From: Eledone cirrhosa
Lineage: Eukaryota
NCBI GenBank assembly: GCA_964016885.1
Contig: OZ024752.1
Location: 992,001-1,056,000, forward strand
Length of the DNA stretch: 64,000 nt
Direction: 5' to 3'
Part shown: positions 58,690-64,000 of the stretch, piece after piece
Position numbering within the stretch: position 1 is the stretch's first letter
How the letters are laid out: every line of letters begins with the position of its first letter
Notes under the pieces: model-generated
Databases searched by the model: none
Told to the model about the DNA's origin: nothing
The model's input: the letters and a program-made list of their open reading frames with translations, nothing else
Position numbers and translations under genes: made by a program

Positions 58690-59952
58690 CAATCCCCTAG
58701 ACTTGCCTCCTTCTAACTCCGGGTTGTTACAAAACATGAAAATGACACTAAAAGTTTCCCTCTTTGAGAGCCGGTACGATATCATTTACATTGCGACAGT
58801 GCAACTGGGAGTCATTTCAGAAGACATTCCAGATGTGCTTCAAATAGTAGAGGTATCGCTGGCTAGGTGTGAGGGGCATAAAGGGCCTACTTCAAAGGGG
58901 ATTAGCAATCGAACCCCACGAAATACACATTTGTTCCCCCAGACTAATGTTAGATACGACGGACTTCGTAAATATTTTCCTCAATTTGAAATCGTTTCGT
59001 TAAGAATACAGTGAAATTCGGAATATGTTTCTAAATTATCATTTCTTTTTAATAAAAATATTAATTAATATTTTAATTGGAAATGCGCAATTACCAAACC
59101 CAGTTGCCAGGTTATAAGGTATACAGCCAAATATAATCAATTTTATACTTGCAATTTAAAGCTTTTTTTGTAAAGTGATTTACATTCAAACATTCAAAAA
59201 TTGCCTAATGATTAATTAAGATTTAAGGGTGTACTGGGTAGAATAGTTTGCTTTTTTGCAAAGATTGTTATTCATTTTGCATTTGGAATTCATAAACAAC
59301 ATTCTTCAAATCAATTTTTGAAATTACAAATTTTACTGTTAGTATTCCGTTATATTATGCTGGTACCATTAATTAGATTGGCAAAGCGAAAATCATTGTT
59401 CAATTTATTAATTTGTTTGCTTAGCTTTGTTTTCTTCTGTTTTTTTATTGTTTGTTTTCTTTTTGTACTAGATGCCATTCGAACTGTATATATTTTGATG
59501 TTATATATGAAAACCTTTCTTTGCTCTAAGCTGTTTATTTTTGCTTTCCTATATACCGTGACAATGTTTTGATTAATTTAAAACAGCTCATAGCGCATCT
59601 TACGTTTTGTGGAATGAGATTACCGGTTTATAATGATTCAAAGTGTATATATGTTACATTTTTATAGGTTTCAAACATACGCTGTTAATTATTTTATTAT
59701 GCATGCCTTAGCACGAAATAAAGATTCGGGCAAAATAATAAAAGTGTAAAAGAAAAACTACGAATAGAAGTATATAATATACAGTTGTTAACGCGTGTAT
59801 AAATGTACGTCAGATTTTAAGCGAGCGTATGGCTGTGCATGTTTCTAAAAGTCAGGTTTTTCGAATATAGAATGATGCCACAATTACTCCATTATTCTAT
59901 AATTTAATTTCTCTTTCTCTGTGTCCTTCCTCTCCCTCCCCTCTCTCACTCC

Positions 59953-60028
<76 letters not shown>

Positions 60029-62759
60029 AACAAAATAGTTCTGTGAAAATCATGTTGTATAGGAAAATAATAATAAAGGGCTGAATGTGCAACTAATGTT
60101 TTTATGTATACGTGCAAATTTACAGTACACAACGAAAACTAATTATTCATACATATGTCTATAACAAACTCTAGTAGCAATGTTAACAATGTCACCATCA
60201 CCATCAGCGAAAAAGACAAAAACAAAAACAAAACACCAACACCTCAACAATCTATCGATGTCGGAAAGATGAAATATGTAATGTAATTCTGAAAGTCAGA
60301 ACTAAATAAGGCATTTTGTCCGCTTCTCTACTTATATCGTCAACCAACTGCCTTACCACCAGTTTACGAATGGATATACAAACATCAATACAGTTCCGAC
60401 CGCCATCAGCACCAACATCACGGGATTAGCCAATACAACAGACTGGGTTATCAGAGGAGGCAGGTATTTCACCACCCAGTTCACTAGATATAGATGTAGT
60501 AGCCATGAGTGAGATCAGAATTTCCGAGACGCACGATTATGACCCTTATAAGTCAGACTGCACCAGGAGACAAAGTGGGAGTGTTATGGTAATTTCTAGA
60601 TTTTAAGATACAGATTGTTTTCTAGCCATAATTACCTTCAGACAATTGACTGCTTATACCATGACAGAGGAAGAGCAGTCAGAGATTTTCAGCCATCTAG
60701 AATATTTCTTAGGAATATCCTGCTCTTTAATGCAAATAGTTTAATGGAAAGGCAGTTTGGAGGCAGGCTGTGATAACTTAGATTTCGCTGATAGGAGAAG
60801 GGGCATTTAAAAGCCTCGTAAATCTGCCCAGACGTTTCCAACTGTCCGGTTGTTACCTACATGACCTTCCGAATGTGCTAAACATTAAAATATTTCCAAC
60901 TGTAACCATCATATTTTCAATCTTTAGGATTTCCTATAATTATCCCATCCTCATATTTCCCTTTACTCGTGTTATTGTTTGTCTGTGCCATTGTGTTTCG
61001 GATTTATTAGTCAATATGTGTGCTAAGACTTTGTTATTTATTTAGTTTAGCACGTGTTGCATCTGTTGTTTGTGGGTTAAGTTCTGAATGCTTTCATTTT
61101 TATTGTATGTTTATTGTTAGTTCGTTTTCGTTTTCTTCTTCAAGTTGTTAACTTTTCAATGTTATATTTTAATATCTTATAGCTTTCAATAAATAGTTTG
61201 CTAGAATCTAACGTTAAGTTTAGATGAAGTTCATTCACCATCCCTTGAAATGTTTTACGACTATATTGTCAAGTTCATTCACCACCCTTGGAATGTTTTA
61301 CGTCTGTATTTTCATAGATTTGGTTGCTTTATATGATGAGGTTGTAAATTATTCATATAGAATATCATATAGAATAGAAACGTATTCTCGCTTCTCCACA
61401 TATGTCTTTTTTGTTTTATTAGTGAGACTTAAAGAGTAACGTGCAACTTATTATTTAGACTGTCATTACTTTTGCTGAGTACTGATACATATATACTTTC
61501 TGGCAATACCAATTTACGCACGCTCTTTTTCTCCAACTTTTATGCATCAAATTCAAAGTAAGCAATCCGTGGCTGAATAATACACTTTAATTTGATACTT
61601 TTATCATTTGTGGAGGAGACTGCAAATGTTCTGTGTTGATATGAGTAGTGTGCCGCAAGATTAGTATGAACATTTATACTGCACCCACTATTTGATACAT
61701 AAACCAGTGAAATATCACAAATAAATAAATCGTGAATGTATTTTGGCTTGAATCGGCATTAAATGATATCGCTATAACACCAGATAAAATGACTCGCAGC
61801 TCTTGATCTGGCACTGTCGTTTAAGTTGATATCCCACCGAAGTCGACTTTTCATGTCATTCTTCCGGGGCAATAAAATAAAATAATAAGCAAGTACTAGT
61901 CGATAGGAAGACGATCTTTTTAATCACCAGTTTAGCTCTTCTGTTTACCCTTCAGGGTTTCTTCAGTGGTGTCTACGTTTGAACCTTGTCAAGATTGCCC
62001 CGTACTCCTCATATTCGCATCACACATGAAGGGGATATTGAACGTCCTTTTACCGGCCGCAACCGGTTATAATGATGGTTCACTTAGTTGAATCAGTTAG
62101 TTATTTTACTGTTATAAGTTCAGTTAGAAATATAATTGCTTCTCGGTGTATGACTTTAAATATATTTATAAATGCAAGTTCCCCTCTCTCACCAAAGCAG
62201 TAAAATCCTAGAAGTTTCAATGTTTATTTGAAATAGAGGTGAGAAAGTAATAGAGGTGAGAGCAAATCTTTTCCACACCGGCGAGTCGTGCCGGAAATAA
62301 TTACTTTATTTCCGGTTACCTTAGCAAAAACTACAATAACAGCCATAACAGAGACAATGCTGCATTAAAATTCAACATATATTAATTACACCAATAAAAA
62401 TCCTTACAGTTATACACATATATAACGCAATGACGACAAAGCCACATAGACGTGTATTCGTTTGAGTATGTGCACTTGTGTGTATATACGTATGTTTGTG
62501 TGTGTATGTGTGTGTGTTTGTTTCTGTGTGTGTCATTCATGTAGTACATTCACGTGAAGCCCATATAAATAAATGGTAATGATACGTCTCCATTGATCGT
62601 TCCAAATCATTAATGCGAAGTTATATTATTAGTATTCAGTTGAACAATATTGAAACAATTATATAATTACTGCAGACATATTTATAACTTTCTTTGATTG
62701 ATCAGCTTTGTAAAGACACAGGAGTGTGATTAGGCTTATTAGGAAATATAATATATTGA

Positions 62760-63095
62760 AGATGATGATGATGATGTGTATGATGATGATGGAGATGATA
62801 ATGATGATGATGATGATGATGATGGATATGATGATAGAGATGGAGATGACGGGTATGGTGAGGATGATGAGTATAATGATGATGACGATGATGAAGGAGA
62901 TGGAGATGGGGAAGATGATGATGGAGATAATGATGATGATGATGATGAAGGAGATAATGAGGATGGGGAAGATGATGATGGAGATGATGATGGAAATGGT
63001 GATGACGATGGGGATGATGATGATGATGGAAATAATGATGATGATGGTAATGGTGATGGGGATGAGAATGATGGTAACGGAGAAGAAGAAGAAGC
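62760..63095. repeat. Degenerate (GAT)n trinucleotide tract
   Basis: GAT/GGA/AAT mosaic; yields poly-D, poly-M and poly-H ORFs. Confidence 0.85.
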
Positions 63096-63234
63096 ATGAT
63101 TACATAATCCTTCGTATTTAAATTACATCCCTCCATGTGTCAGCTTCATAATGACTTCTTGACGTATCATTAATTCGACAATCAGGACTTTTTTAAACAC
63201 ACCATACTATATTGTTTGGAAATGAGGGTAGTAC

Positions 63235-63425
63235 TTTGGCAGTATTAGTAGTAACATTTTTTACAACATATAGTAACGGCCCTTTACATTCTGATTTCAA
63301 ACTTACCTTTCCATTTCAACCTTACAAGTTCCACAAAATAAAGTACCAGTAACGCACTGGAGTTGATTTAATCGATTTTCCTTTCCCTAAACATTGCTGG
63401 CCTTGTGTACCTAAATCGGAAACCA
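63235..63425 (+). mobile_element. Diverged Deu/Nin SINE
   Basis: TTGGCAGTAT head, AAAATAAAGTACCAGTAACGCACTGG, TTGCTGGCCTTGTG. Confidence 0.65.
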
Positions 63426-63761
63426 CTATATTGCCTGGGAATACGAATGCATTCTTCACATCTAAATACAAGTTCTTGATCTCAAACACCACTCAAAATT
63501 ATGGGTTTCGGGTTTCATTTGTTTCCTCCTTTGTAAAATCCTTGTTCATCTTTCTTTATCTTGATTGTCATTGCGTTGCAGCTGGTGAGAAAAAGGTTTA
63601 TTTTTGGACATCAGCAGAAATGTTTCAATCTTATTTCGCCTGACATAGGCATACTCTGCAAAAGATGATATCAGTGTAGGTATTATGCATTGCGAACATA
63701 CTTCGCAACGGATAAGATCCGCACCGAGGCAAACTTGCAACGCCACTCCAGTCACACTTGG

Positions 63762-63806
<45 letters not shown>

Positions 63807-63807
<1 letters not shown>

Positions 63808-63856
63808 AACTCAGATTACATTTATTATATATATATAATAAATGTAATCTGAGTTT
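63807..63856. repeat. Perfect 50-bp palindrome
   Basis: AAACTCAGATTACATTTATTATATA|TATATAATAAATGTAATCTGAGTTT. Confidence 0.9.
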
Positions 63857-64000
63857 TTCGAATATTAGTAATAATATTCGATTCGTGTGCAATTATGCAA
63901 ACAAGCCTCATTTTTAAAGCCATGTCAGTAGAATGAGGCCCTCATTCTTGCTCTTGTGTTGGCATGTAAACAGAACTGCAGACACTAATGTTTCCGGGTA

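Noticed and set aside
62702-63136. Acidic Asp/Gly-rich or His-rich protein
   Set aside because: Degenerate GAT repeat open in three frames; no splice or domain support

Overview
AT-rich, microsatellite-dense animal (eukaryotic) non-coding DNA. The SINE families present (a Deu/Nin-domain tRNA-type SINE and a CORE-type SINE with the octopus OR-like 'GATTTGGTAGAYGGAAACTG' tail) point to an octopus/cephalopod genome. I could not support any host protein-coding exon; nearly all ORF-track entries are microsatellite artefacts. The real coding content is transposon-derived: two Penelope-like retroelements (PLEs) with RT + CxCx5Cx5C + GIY-YIG, consistent with the Naiad clade (23897-26070 minus, 48278-51691 plus); an in-frame zinc-knuckle ORF1/RTE-RT chimera; and CRE-like, RTE, mariner and hAT remnants. 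The most interesting signal is a set of at least five distinct families of short hammerhead-ribozyme (HHR)-like elements, mostly in or beside (AT)n tracts. Several have non-canonical cores (U4A, U4C, ~100-nt stem II). Several are turned into fold-back palindromes whose breakpoints recur at the stem II loop. A Helitron-type 5'-TC...hairpin-CTAG-3' frame (47797-54077) encloses one PLE, three HHR families and a 2-kb AT array. All calls are by eye; ribozyme activity and clade names are untested.
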